NCBI GenBank assembly: GCA_977017645.1
Contig: OZ360224.1
Coordinates: 181,412,001-181,476,000, forward strand
Direction: 5' to 3'
DNA length: 64,000 bases
From: Torpedo marmorata
Lineage: Eukaryota
Shown here: positions 49,306 through 61,758 of the stretch, in pieces
How positions within the stretch are numbered: position 1 is the stretch's first letter
Layout: each line of letters opens with the position of its first letter
Translations under genes and position numbers: made by a program
The notes under the pieces: model-generated
Told to the model about the DNA's origin: nothing
Databases searched by the model: none
Seen by the model: the letters and a program-made list of their open reading frames with translations, nothing else

Positions 49306-52030
49306 CAAGTTCAAGTTTATTGTCATCTGATGGTACATATGCATATACAACCCGATAATACAGCGTATCTCCAGAACATAGTGCACACACACACAGTACA
49401 CCCTACACACAAATGACATATATACATAGCGATCCAAAATAAATATATATAAAAATAATTTACGAGTTTCTAGGGTTGTTCAACAGTCTCACCGCCCGCA
49501 GGAAGAAGCTGTTTCCCATTTGGCAGTCCTGGATTTTATGCTCCTGCACCTCTTCCTTTTTTTTTTTTAATTTTTAAATATTTTATTTAAAATTTTTAAA
49601 TCACACAATACACAGTTTAAAATGCAAATTCCTCAAATTACATGTGATACATTGCCACCCCCCCTCCCCCCACCCTCCCCTCCCTAACCCTCCCGAAAAG
49701 AAAGAAAGAAGAAGAAAAGGATAGAGTAAGGAGAATGTCAATCTAAAAAGAACAACTATAAACTGATCTTATTGTGGAGGATAGGCTCGCCAGCCAGACC
49801 CGATGACCAGAGATCTTCACATCCTCAAAGATACTGTGGACTGGATGGTAAGGGTCCTCAATGATTCTCTGAGCCCTCTTTAAACACCGCTCCCTGTAGA
49901 TGTCATCGATAGAGGGAAGGGAGATCCAAGTGATCTTCTCAGCAGCTTTAATCACCCTCCGTACTGACCTCTGATCTGATGCTTTGCAGCTAACCTACCA
50001 CACTCTGATGCAGCCAGCCTGGACACTCTCTATTGTGCTCCTGTAGAACGTTGTTAGGATGGTGGCCGGTAGCCTTGCCCTCCTCAGCCGCCTTAGGAAA
50101 TGTAGGCGCTGCTGCACCTTCCTGACTAATGAGGTCGTGTTGTGAGTCCAGGATAGGTCGTCCTTTAAATGGACGGCAAGGAACTATGTGCTCCTCACTC
50201 TCTACGACGGAGTCATTGATATGTAGTGGGGAGTGATCCTTCATCCTCCTGAAGTCCAGAATCATCTCCTTTGTCTTGTCCAGGTTGTTGCTCCTGTACC
50301 ACTGTACAAGCCTTTCAACCTCCTCTCTAATGCAATGCATCATTGTTGCTGATGACCATTGTGACAACTACCATTGTGTCATCAGCAAACGTGATGATTT
50401 GTTTGGATCTGAACCTAGCAGTACAGTCGTGAGTCAGCAGCATGAGCAGTAGCGGGCTGAGCACACAGCCCTGAAGTGCGCTAGTGCTCAGCGTGATGGG
50501 GCTTGAGGTTTTGCCGCCAACCCAGACAGACTGTGGTCTTTCAATCAAGAAGTCCAGGATCCAGTTGCAGAGAGGGATACTGAATCCCAGTGAGGACAGT
50601 TTATCCACCAGCTTCTGAGGTATGATTTTGTTGAATGCTGAGCTGAAGTCAATGAACAACTGGCGTATGAGGCATTGTTCTCTCAGTGGGTCAGGATAGA
50701 GTAAGGGTCAGGGCTATTGCATCGTTTGTGGATCGGTTTGGCTGATAGGCAACCTGGAATGAGTCCATTGTGGCTGGTAGGTGCACTTTGATGCGCTCCA
50801 TTACCAGCCACTCAAAGCACTTCATGATCGTGGAGTCAGTGCCACTGGACAGTAGTCATTTAGTCCAGCTACCGTTGCTCTCTTGGGCACCAGGTTGATC
50901 GAGGCTGCCTTGAATCCTATGGGGACAATGGACTGCTGGAGTGAGATATTGTAGAGGTCTTATAGGTCCTCAGTCAGCTGGACTGCACAGTCTCTCAGCA
51001 CCTGACCAGGTACGTTATCCAGTCCTGCTGCTTTGTGTGGGTTCACCTCAGCTGTGGCTATGCTGGGTGCCTGTTCCTCAGGTGGGACAGGGCTTTCTTT
51101 GGCATTGTGTTGTTTTCCACATCGAACCATGCGTAGAAGGTGTTCAGCCTGCCAAGAAGGGAGGAGTCATTATCGCTGACCCGCAAGGTCAACTAGTGGT
51201 CCATTATGGTTTTAGCACCATGCCACATGCACCTTGTATCACCAATGTCGCACAGTTGTCTGTGGATCTTCTGTGTGTACCCCTGCTATGCCTTCCTGAT
51301 TGCCTGGGAGAGTATGACCCTTGCTGTTCTTAGTTCCATCTTATTGCCTGACCTGAAAGCAGCGTCCCGAGTTCTGAGTAGCGCATGGACCTCTGCATCA
51401 GGCCGTGGTTTCTGGTTCGCCCTGGCTATGTAGTGTTTGGTCACCATGACATCCTCTTGCCTATGTAGCTGGTCACTGTGCTCGAATACTCATTGATGCT
51501 GATGTGGTCGTTGTAGGTGGCCGCCTCCCTGAATCTCCTCCAGTCCATGGTTCCAAAGCAGTCCTGCAGCTCTGCTGTGGCTTCCCCCGGGGCCAAGTTC
51601 AGATCTCCCTGCAAACTGGCATGACTTGTATCACCAGTGGTCTGTATGCCCCTGCAGAATGGAAATGTGGTTCGAGTTTCCGAGGTGGGGGTGGGGGATA
51701 GCCTTGTATGCTCCAGGGACGTTTGTGTACACCCTATCTAAGATGTTATCTCCTCTGGTAGGAAAGATAACATGCTGTTGGAACTTTGGCAGGACTGTTT
51801 TCAGGTTAGCATGGTTGAAGTCACCAGCGACAATCATGCAACTAACTGGGAGCGGATCCTGAGAAAACGAGGATCAACGCATTTTCAGACTTTCTCTGGT
51901 GTCATCCAGGATGCCCTGCAGAGCTGGATGTGACCTCATTTGGATGAGACTTTAATCTGAAGCCACCTCTGCGCTCTCGGGTGGATGTGAATATTGCAAG
52001 GCACTACATTACCAGATAGCGGTGTTCATT
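49306..52030 (-). mobile_element. Degenerate Rex1/Babar-type LINE (endonuclease remnant to 3' tail)
   Basis: VAGDFNHANL (51631-51837) and FIDFSSAFN…FADDT (50327-50659). Tail gacaataaacttgaacttg. Confidence 0.88.
49557..49825 (-). mobile_element. Short L1 3' UTR fragment inserted in Rex1
   Basis: Poly(T) then ttttatttaa…tacatgtgata…C-run block, closely paralleling the L1 3' UTR at 28734-28930. Confidence 0.7.
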
Positions 52031-52049
52031 CTGGTGTTGATGATGATGA

Positions 52050-53010
52050 GAGTTTATTGTCATATACATAAGTAAAATGTATAGATGCATTGACCTTCTT
52101 CACAAATAGGTATGTAAGATGCACCAACTACAAGAGTACATTTTTATCTCATATGCCAAGACAGGAAAAAAAACAAAACATTAAAGATGGATAAATAAAT
52201 ATTCACTGTTGCAGATAGTGCAAGAAAAAAAGTGACATTTCACAAGTGCAGACAGATCATTTGGTTGCCCTAGAGTATTTTATGTTTAGGGTTAGGGTAG
52301 CTTGGGGAGATTCAAGAGCCTGATAGAAGTGGGATAAAAAATTATCTTGATCCTAGAGGTGCTAGACTTCAGGCTTCTGTACCTTCTGCCCAAAGGTAGC
52401 AGTGTGACCTGGGTGATGGGGGTGGGGGGGGGGGGGGGTGTCCTTTATGATTTGGCTGCCTTCTTGAGGCAGCTCCTCAAAGACATGTCTTCAATGGACT
52501 GGTGGTCAAGAGGTCAGTGCCTGTGATGGACCTAGCTAGGTTTGCCACTTTCTGTATCCTTCTCCCTTCCTGGGGACTCGAGTTTTCAAACCAGGATGTG
52601 AAGCAACCAGTCATTATACTTTCCAGCGTGCACTTGTAGAAATCGGATCGTGTATTCAATGGCATGCCAAATCTCTTCAAATTTCTTACAAAGTAGAAGT
52701 GTTGGTGTGCCTTCTTCACGGTTGCCTCGTTGTGTGGATCCAGGAGAAATCATCCAATATGTGGACTCCCAGGAATTTGAGGATACTAACCCTCTCCACC
52801 ACCGTCCCGTCAATGAACGCAGGTGCACGATCCCTTGGCCTCTCCTTCCTAAAGCCCACAATAAGCTTGTTGGTCTTGCCGACATTGAGACCAAGATTGT
52901 TGTTCTGTCACCACCCAACCAGATTCTGCATCCTGTATTTTGACTTATCATTGCCTGTTTTTGGACAATAACGGTGGTGTCGTTGGTGAACTTACAGATT
53001 GCGGCAAAGA
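52050..53010 (-). mobile_element. Rex1-type LINE 3' fragment
   Basis: ICKFTNDTTV and KKAHQHFYFVRNLKRFGM motifs. Tail tgacaataaactc. Confidence 0.8.
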
Positions 53011-53039
53011 CTGAGCCATAAAGGAACCTAACCAAATTT

Positions 53040-53215
53040 CAAAATTATCTAGCCATTGATCACCTCTGTTGGCAGGACTTTGCTTTATATAAATTGGTTG
53101 CCATTTTTCTCACATTATGACCTGGAGTACATTTCAAAGTTGGGTTCAAAGTGCACTGAGAGGTCTTGAGGTTGAGAAATTTGTGCAAATACAAATTTAT
53201 TTCATTTCTTTCCTT
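53040..53215 (+). mobile_element. SacSINE/Deu-type SINE 3' remnant
   Basis: aaattggttgccattttt…cacattatgac…tacatttcaaag…gtcttgaggttgaga matches the recalled consensus and the other copies here. Confidence 0.55.
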
Positions 53216-53264
53216 TCTAGCACATAAATATTGATCATTGGAAACTCCAAGATGGTAATACTAT

Positions 53265-53600
53265 GGAGATAGGGAGATACAGCATGGAAACAGGCCCTTC
53301 GGCCCAACAAGTCTGTGCCAATCATCAATTATTTGTTTACACTAAATGTGCATTAGAACCATTTCTTTTCCATTGAATTTTCCCAATCAACTCTTCTCGG
53401 ACTCTATCATGCACCAACACACTAGGGACAATTTGCAGTGGCCATCAAAACTGCACAGGTTTGATATGTGGGAGGAAACTGAAAGGACCTGGAGGAAACC
53501 CATGTGGTAGCAAGCAGAACGCGCAAACTCCACACAGACAGCACTGGAAATCAGGATTGAAGCCAGGAAGTTGCTGGAGCTGTGAGTCAGTGACTCCACT
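53265..53600 (-). mobile_element. V-SINE (HE1-like), older copy
   Basis: Reverse V-domain (gtgggaggaaact…ggaggaaaccca…caaactccacacagac) and CR1-like tail acagcatggaaacaggcccttcggccc. Confidence 0.75.
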
Positions 53601-54365
53601 TACTCTGTTATTGTGGTGGATCAACTTCTGTCATCTGCCTCTTTTCTTCTCCCTCTCTTTGGTGTTTCAGGTGCCCACTTTATGGTCTCTGTCAAACATT
53701 CCTGCTTGACACCTACAATCACACTTCCATGGCAGTAAATATCTGATCTCCATCACAATGAAAATGTCTAACAAACATTTCAGGCATTCCCGAACTCTTC
53801 AGATGCCATGACACATTTTCACTGATTGAATTGGAAGCATTGTTTATTGTCATGTGTACCGAGTATAGTGGAAAACTTTGTTTTATGTGCTACCTGACCA
53901 GTCAATTCATACCACAGATAATGCAATCGCAAATAAATAAACAACAGTGGAGGGCATAATGTTTCAGTGTGCAGAGTATAGAGAAAAGTACTGTTAAAAA
54001 CAGTGCAAAACCATCATCTTTTGCCAGTGAGAGACCCATTTAAGAGTCTGAAGTTGTAGCAAAAGAATAGACACTTTTTCTTTGTGTTAACCACATCCCA
54101 ATCACTTGGTCCACTACTATCTCATAATAAGGCTTGGCCAGCTTCTGTAACTCTCTCAGGACCTACTACATTCAAGAACAAATGAAGCATGTGACTGGCC
54201 AAGAGCTCTTGACTAAAACCCAATCTTGTAATCACACTACTCTTCTTAAGTATGTTGTATACTTTCAGAATGCTCCGCTTGAATTTGTAGGTTCTGAGAG
54301 GAGCCGACTGTTTGATGATTTTGATGAGATGCTTCCTCCCTTCTCTCCATCACCTTGTTACCAAC

Positions 54366-54532
54366 CTTCAGCCATCCAGTTCTGAGGAATCTTCCTAAGT
54401 GGACAACGTGCATCTCGAGGAGTCGGTCCAACGGCTCACTGACTATCACGCAGGTGCCAGAGCCCAAATTAAAGCTGTAAACCACTCTTCCATTTTGTAG
54501 GCCCAGGACAAGGAAATCATCTCCTTTCAATC
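54366..54532 (-). CDS. EYS: EYS coding exon (laminin G domain; 167 nt; appears to correspond to human exon 38)
   Basis: Acceptor ccccag|GA and donor AAG|gttggt. Translates (G)LKGDDFLVLGLQNGRVVYSFNLGSGTCVIVSEPLDRLLEMHVVHLGRFLRTGWLK, matching the EYS LamG sequence as recalled (GDDFLAVGLLNGSVVYSYNLGSG...GWLK). Phase 1 in, phase 0 out. Confidence 0.95.
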
Positions 54533-55110
54533 CTGGGGACAGAATGAGAGACAAGGTGAGTGAAAGATTACGAGACTTAGCACACGGCTAAGAACATTAC
54601 GGATGTGAGGAACAGCAGAACTCAAAGCAGACGCAGTCGATTCAAGTCCGTCTGCCTGTTGCACCATTCAATAGGTCAAGGCTGATTGTTACCTAAGTGC
54701 CGCTTTCCTGCACTGGACCCTTGGTTACCTACAAACTTGTGATCTCTGCGTTAAATACACTCAGAGTCTAATAAGGAGTACAATATATATGTGGAAAATA
54801 CATAATGAGTTTCCTGTTAAACCACACGATGGGCAAGGTCTGGATGAAAGAAGAGAGGCTGCACCAGCTTTCTGGAGATGAACCAACACATCATTTTCAT
54901 CCCAAAACGTTCTTAGCCTGGTGAGGATGACATGAGGTTTGTTGAATGTGTGAATGGTAATAGTAACCTATGGAACAGACAATGTGGCAAGTTTGGAATT
55001 TGTTTGCACGAATTAATTTTAAAGCAAAACAAAATTAATTCAATTTAAGCACAAAGAAAGAAGTCCAACCAGACCAATTTTACAGGCAATTTTACGGACC
55101 CTGGCACCCT

Positions 55111-58100
55111 GGTGCCAGGGTCCGGGATGTTGCTGCTCGTGTCCCAGATATCCTAAAGGGGGAGGGACAGGAGCCAGAGGTCGTGGTACATGTCGGTACC
55201 AATGACATAGGGAGGAATAGAGAAGAGGTCCTAAAAAATGAGTACAGGCAGTTAGGTAGGGAGTTAAAAAGAAGGACCGCAAAGGGGGTAATCTCCGGAT
55301 TACTCCCTGTGCCACGTGACAGTGAGAGTAGGAATAGAATGAGGTGGAGGATTAACACGTGGCTGAAGGGGTGGAGTAAGGGGCTGGGTTTCAAGTTTCT
55401 GGATCACTGGGACCTTTTTTGGGGGAGAAGTGACCTGTACAGTCAGGACGGGTTGCACTTGAATCCCAGGGGGACCAGAATTCTGGCAGGGGTATTTGCT
55501 AGGGCTAAGGAGCCTTTAAACTAGGAAGGTTGGGGGGAGGGAGCAAAATAGTACAGAGCAGTAAGGAGAAGGATAGAACAGAGAAAGTTTGTAGTCAGAG
55601 TTTGAATATGGATGAGCAGGTGATAGAGAAGGTTACTAAAGATGAGGGCAAACAGAGATTAAGAAGTGGGAAATCTCTGAAATTCATATATTTTAATGCC
55701 AGGAGTATTGTAAAAAAGGTGGATGAGCTGAAGGTGTGGATTGATACTTGGAAGTATGATGTGGTAGCCATTAGTGAGACATGGTTGCAGGAGGGATGTG
55801 ATTGGCAGTTGAATATCCCTGGGTTTCGTTGCTTTAGGTGTGATAGAGCCGGAGGAGCAAGAGGAGGTGGTGTTGCATTGCTTGTCAGGGAGAATATTAC
55901 AGCGGTGCTTAGGCAGGATAGATTAGAGGGCTTGTCCACGGAGGCTGTTTGGGTAGAACTGTGGAGTGGGAAAGGAGAAGTTACACTTGTAGGGGTGTAT
56001 TATAGACCACCCGGAGGGGACCGAGACCTGGAGGAACATATCTGTAGGGAGATAGTGGATAATTGTGATAAGCACAGGGTTGTGATTGTGGGAGATTTTA
56101 ATTTTCCACATATAGATTGGGAGACCCATTCTGTGAAAGGGCTGGATGGGTTGGAATTTGTGAAATGTGTGCAGGAGAGTTTTTTACAACAATATGTAGA
56201 GGTACCGACCAGAGAAGGAGCCGTGTTAGATCTACTGTTAGCAAATGAGATAGGTCAAGTGACGGAGGTTTGTGTTGGCGAGCACTTCGGGTCCAGTGAT
56301 CATAATGCTATCAGCTTCAATGTCATTATGGAAAGAGATAAGTCAGGGCCAAGGGTTGAGGTTTTTGATTGGGGAAAAGCTAGATTTGAGGGGATGCGAA
56401 AGGACTTAGAGGGTGTGCATTGGGACAATTTGTTTTATGGGCAGGATGTTGTAGAGAGATGGAAGTCTTTTAAAGATCAGATTTTGAGAGTGCCAAAAGA
56501 TTTATGTTCCTGTTAGGTTAAAAGGAGGGGCAAAAGGTTTGAGGGAGCCGTGGTTCTCGAGGAATATTGGAAACTTGGTTCGGAAAAAAAGGGAGGCATA
56601 TATTAAGTATAAGAAGAATGGAAATAAGGAGATGTTTGAAAAATACATTGAATGTAAAAAGAATCTTAAGAGAGGAATTAGGATAGCAAAAAGAAGGTAT
56701 GAAGAGACTATAGCAAGCAGGGTGAAGGTTAATCCAAAAGGTTTTTACAAATACGTTAATGGTAAGAGGAAAGCAAGGGACAAAATTGGTCCCTTAGAGA
56801 ATCAAAACGGAAAACTGTGTGTGGAGCCAAGAGAAATGGGGGAGATATTGAACAGTTTCTTTTCTTCGGTATTCACCAAGGAGAAGGATATTGATATATG
56901 CCAGATAAACAAAGCTAATGGGGTAAATATGGAGAATATAGGGATTACGAAAGATGTAGTGTTAGGGCTTTTGAGGCATATAAAGGTGGATAAGTCTCCG
57001 GGACCCGACGGGATCTTCCCCAGGACCTTGAGAGAAGTAAGTGAAGAAATAGCAGAGGCTCTGACGGCGATTTTCCAAATGTCATTAGAGACGGGGATAG
57101 TGCCGGAGGATTGGCGTATTGCGCATGTGGTTCCGTTATTTAAAAAGGGTTCAAGGAGGAAGCCTGGCAATTATCGGCCTGTAAGTTTGACGTCTGTGGT
57201 AGGTAAATTAATGGAGAAAGTTCTCAGAGATAGGACTTATAAATATCTGGATAGGCAGGGTCTGATCGGGAACTCTCAACACGGATTTGTGAGCGGAAGG
57301 TCCTGTTTGACCAATCTGATTGAATTTTTTGAAGAGGTGACTAGGACTGTGGATGAGGGTAGTGCAGTGGATGTTGTCTATATGGACTTCAGTAAGGCCT
57401 TTGATAAGGTTCCGCATGGAAGGTTAGTGAGGAAGGTGCAGTCTTTAGGTATAGATTCTGAGGTAGTCAAATGGATTGAACATTGGCTGGAGGGGAGAGG
57501 CCAGAGAGTGGTAGTGGATAATTGTTTGTCAGGTTGGAAGCCCGTGACAAGCGGTGTGCCTCAGGGATCTGTATTGGGCCCATTGTTGTTTGTTATATAT
57601 ATCAATGATCTAGATGATGGGGTGGTAAACTGGATTAGTAAATATGCAGATGATACCAAGATAGGTGGAATAGTGGATAATGAAGAAGGTTTTCAAGGAT
57701 TGCAGAAGGATTTGGGCTGCTTAGAAAAGTGGGCTGAAAAATGGCAGATGGAGTTTAATGCTGATAAGTGTGAGGTGCTTCATTTTGGAAAGAAGAATCA
57801 GAACAGGACATATGTAGTAAATGGGAGAGCATTGATGAATACAGAAGAGCAGAAAGATTTAGGAATAACGGTGCATCGTTCCCTGAAGGTGGAAACTCAT
57901 GTGAATAGGGTGGTGAAGAAGGCTTTTAGTATGCTGGCCTTCATCAATCAATGCATAGAATATAGGAGTTGGGAAGTGATGTTGAGATTATATAAGGCTT
58001 TGGTGCGGCCTAATTTAGAGTTCTGTGTGCAGTTCTGGTCGCCAAATTATAGGAAGGATATCAACAAAGTGGAGAGAGTGCAGAGAAGGTTTACCAGAAT

Positions 58101-58574
58101 GTTACCTGGGTTTAAGAATTTAGAGTACAAGGAGAGATTGAGCAGATTAGGTCTTTATTCTTTGGAGCGTAGAAGGTTGAGAGGGGATTTGATAGAGGTA
58201 TTTAAAATTATGAAAGGGATAGACAGAGTGGATGTGGATAGACTATTTCCATTAAGAATAGGAGAGATTGAAACAAGAGGACATGAGCTAAGAGTTAAGG
58301 GGCAGAGGTTTAGAGGTAACATGAGGGGGAACTTCTTTACTCAGAGAGTGGTAGCGGTGTGGAATGAGCTTCCGGGAGAAGTAGTGGCGGCAGAGTCAAT
58401 TTTAGTATTTAAGAAAAAGTTGGACAAGTATATGGATGAGAGGGAAGTGGAGGGTTATGGGCAAGGTGCAGGTAGGTGGGACTAGATAGGAATGTTTGGT
58501 TCGGTGCGGACTGGAAGGGCCTAATGGCCTGTTTCCGTGCTGTAATTGTTATATGGTTATATGTTATATGGTTA
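55111..58574 (+). mobile_element. Young CR1 LINE: 3' half of ORF1 (SGNH/GDSL esterase) and ORF2 (APE + RT) with a single frameshift near 56495
   Basis: ORF1 motifs VHVGTND and DGLHLN. ORF2 55530-56516 (NARS, ISETW, GDFN, SDHN) and 56539-58485 (648 aa; YADDTK). Tail (gttatatg)n. Confidence 0.96.
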
Positions 58575-58709
58575 ATTAAAAAATGGTTCTTTTTATAGAG
58601 CCATGCATCAAGCCCAAATTGACAACTTCAGTTGTCAGGATCCTTGTGAAAACTGAATTATAATTGAAGACAATACTGTAAACAGTATAAATGTCAATGT
58701 ACCAAGCTT

Positions 58710-59090
58710 GGCCTGGTTGGTGTAATTCTTGGGTCTGAATCAAGTTGTCATGGATTCATGTCCCACTCCCAACAAGTCCATAAAATCAAGGCTGACATTT
58801 CTGTGCAGTTCTGATGGACGCTGCCCTGTTGGAGGTTGTGTCTTTTGGGCGAGATGGCTTGTCTGTCCTCTCGGGTAAAAGCTCATGGCTCTGTTTCAAA
58901 GAAGAGTGGGAGAGCTCTCACTTATGTCCTGAACCATATTTTTGCCTCACTGAAAAGGAAATTATTTAACCAATTTTATACTATCCTTTAGAGGAGATAT
59001 CTCTGACCATACTTCCAACATCTTACCAGTGACCACACTTCAAATGAGGTTCATTAGCTGTGAGTTATCCTAAGATGCTAACCAATGCAA
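58710..59090 (+). mobile_element. SacSINE/Deu-type SINE
   Basis: ggctgacatttctgtgcagttctgatggacgctgccctgttggaggt…gtaaaagctcatggc…gaagagtggga…agtgaccacacttcaaa matches the recalled Deu-domain consensus. Confidence 0.65.
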
Positions 59091-59110
59091 TATGAATCAA
59101 AGAAAAAAAA

Positions 59111-60170
59111 ATGGCGTTGCTGCCAGAGTTGCTCTAACGGCAGTGCTGCTGCTGGTGCGGACCCAGGGGAGAGGAGAGTGGAGACAGTGCTACTCTGAAG
59201 GATTCAACAGCCCGGTCCTAATGCCAGCGGCTCCATGCAAGCTTTAAATGGCCTGTTAAAGGAGCCGACGGTGTTTGTAAGTAAAATCCTGCAACCATGG
59301 GGTCTGTGTTCAAGATGGAGGCGCCTGTTGCTTGGCAGCAGCCACAAGGGGTTGCAGACTTTGGGGGAGCAGCGGATTGACGCAGGGCGCCAGAAATGGG
59401 AAGAACATCCCCTTTTGAGAAGGAGAAACAGAGGAGACGACCCGACAGGACGGTGACCATGGCGGCGGACCAGCGAGGGGATCAGTGGCTGAGGGACACA
59501 CACAGGCTGTGGGCGACCTGTGGTCGGGGGATCCGCACGGGCTGGAGGCTACTGGCTCATGGGAACCAGGTATGGGAGCAACGATTCGAGAGAGTACTGA
59601 GGGCAAGTAGGGCTCCCGAAGGACCTCGGGCGCTGAAGGCTTCCTGATTGTGTCGGAGGTTTGGATCTGGAGCTTGGGTTGCTGATGAATTGGATAGGTG
59701 TCTGTGCAGCTGCAAAGGCTGCGGGAGCACTGGATCAAATCCACCGACACTCAGTGACTCTGAAGGGGCTCTCTTTTGATTCTTTTTATCTCTTTCTGTA
59801 AGGGGTGCCAGGCGACACTAATGGTGACTCTGTCTGCCTTAGGGCAGGAAGAAGGCAATTTCATGTAATATTACATGTTCTCTACTATTACTTGGGCGGC
59901 ACGGTTAGCATAGTGGTCAGCGCAACGCTGTTACAGCGCCAGCGATCAGAACTTGGGTTCAAATCCCGTGCTGTCTGTAAGGAGTTGATACGTTCTCTCC
60001 GTGTCTGCGTGGGTTTTCCCCAGGGGCTCCGTTTTCCTCCCACCATTCAAAACGTACCGGGGACGTAGGTCAATTGGGTGTAATTTGGCGGCACAGGCTC
60101 GTGGGTCGAAATGGTCTGTTACCATGCTGTATGTCTACATTTAAAATTTAAATTTAAAGGAATCTTGAAA
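59111..60170 (+). mobile_element. Apparently full-length copy of the ~800-bp non-coding retroelement, with its tail split by a V-SINE
   Basis: Aligns with 18791-19587 (reverse) and 38977-39677. The tail resumes as taaaggaatcttg after 60155. Confidence 0.75.
59894..60156 (+). mobile_element. tRNA-derived V-SINE (HE1-like)
   Basis: Close paralogue of 12008-12272, with A box TAGCATAGTGG, B box GGTTCAAATCCC and (aaattt)n tail. Confidence 0.88.
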
Positions 60171-60424
60171 AAAAATTCTTTGTTTACTGACTGCCTGAAC
60201 TAAGGCCCTGACTCACTGAACAGGAAACAAGGAAACAGAAAGGTAAACTATTGGGTTTATCCAGATGCTCTATATTTTCACAAATGAACTTCATCTTTAC
60301 CACTAAAGTGTGACTCCAGGACTATGAGTCGACAAGAGGCATCGCATCAATTCTTCGTCTTCTTTCTCTGCACCTCCTTCCCCCACTTACAAGGACAAGG
60401 ACATTAATGTTGTGGCCACTTACC

Positions 60425-60790
60425 AAAGGGATAGATAGGTTAGAGGCAGGGATGTTGTTTCCACTTGTAAGTATGACTAGAACCAGTGGACACAGCCTCA
60501 AGTTTCAGGGGAGTAGATTTAGGATGGCGATGAGGAGGAACTGCTTTTCTCAGACAGTAGTGAATCTGTGGAGTTTCTGCCCAAGGTAGTAGTAGAGGCT
60601 GCCTTGTTAAATATATTTAAAATACAATAAGATAAATTTTTGCACAGTAGGGGAATCCAGAGTTATTGGGAAAAGGTTGGTAAGCGGAGGTGAGTCCACG
60701 GCTGGATCAGCCACGATCTTGTTAAATTGCGGAGCAGGCTCGACTGGTCAGATGGTTTATTCTTGCTCCTATTTCTTATGTTCTCATGTG
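60425..60790 (+). mobile_element. CR1 3' end
   Basis: KGIDRLEAGMLFPLV..TRTSGHSL..RRNCFSQ. Tail tcttatgttctcatg. Confidence 0.85.
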
Positions 60791-60859
60791 TTAAATATAT
60801 GTTCCTAATTAGCATTGGTGTAAGTTTTATCCTTTCACAATGTAAATAATAAAAAGTGG

Positions 60860-61230
60860 AGGCTTGCAATTGTAAAGAGATTCTCAAACTTCAGAATGTC
60901 TGAAAGAGCTTTAGACTCAAATGAATCTAAATGGTTCCATAAATGTCATGCTGGAATCATGGCAGCTATTCTGTGTACAACAGCAAGTTCCCACTGGCAG
61001 AATAAACAATAAATCCAGGCTGTTGGTTGAGGGGTAAGTTTTGTCTGGCATACTGGGGCAAACTCTCCTGCTCTTCTTGCACAAGGTTTTTTATACTCCT
61101 GGGGTCTCAGGTTAACTAACATCTCCCTCTGGGAAGACTGCATCTGCATCACTGCAGCACTGTACTGGAGCATGAATCAAGATGCTGAGCTCAAATCTCA
61201 AGAATGAGCCGAACGCTAGATCACTGGGGC
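60860..61230 (-). mobile_element. SacSINE/Deu-type SINE remnant
   Basis: Reverse match: cagcaagttcccac…ggttgagggg…ctcctgctcttctt…gcagcactgtactggag. Confidence 0.6.
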
Positions 61231-61429
61231 CAAGGCTGGGCATCTTGTTGGAACACCGACTACTTCTGAATTTCTTGTTCACCAGCAGGTGGCATCACAG
61301 GCCTTTACAAAGCTTTTCACTCAACATGACACCAATTCTTCAGTCAATGTTTCCTCTCATCTTCCTCTTCCAGAGCACTTAGACTCGGCCACATGCCTCT
61401 ATATGTTCTGTGCAAACATCATCAGTGTT

Positions 61430-61755
61430 TAATGTTCAATGATCAATGTGAATTCATTGTCATACACATAAAAAACAAATGCACCGAAAGTCATACTTGC
61501 TGCAGCTAAACAAGTACATAAGATATGCCAAATAAAACAGTAAACATTTAAATTACCACAAGTGCCAAGACAGAAAAAGAGAAAATATCAAAGCATAGAT
61601 AAATAACTATTGCTGTTAATGCAAGAAAAAAGTGAAATTTCAATCATGCAGATAGATCTTTTGGCGGCCCCAAGGTAGTTCATGGTTCAGGTTAGAGTTG
61701 GAAGGGGAGGTTCAAGAGCCTGATAGCTGTCGGATAAAAATTGTCCTTGAACCTC
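61430..61755 (-). mobile_element. Rex1-type 3' UTR, cut by the adjacent LTR
   Basis: Paralogous to 52050-52360 (gttcaagagcctgatagctgtcggataaaaattgtccttgaacct). Confidence 0.7.
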
Positions 61756-61758
61756 TGT

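Noticed and set aside
55183-55524. Host SGNH/GDSL esterase gene
   Set aside because: It is the known esterase domain of CR1 ORF1, directly upstream of ORF2.
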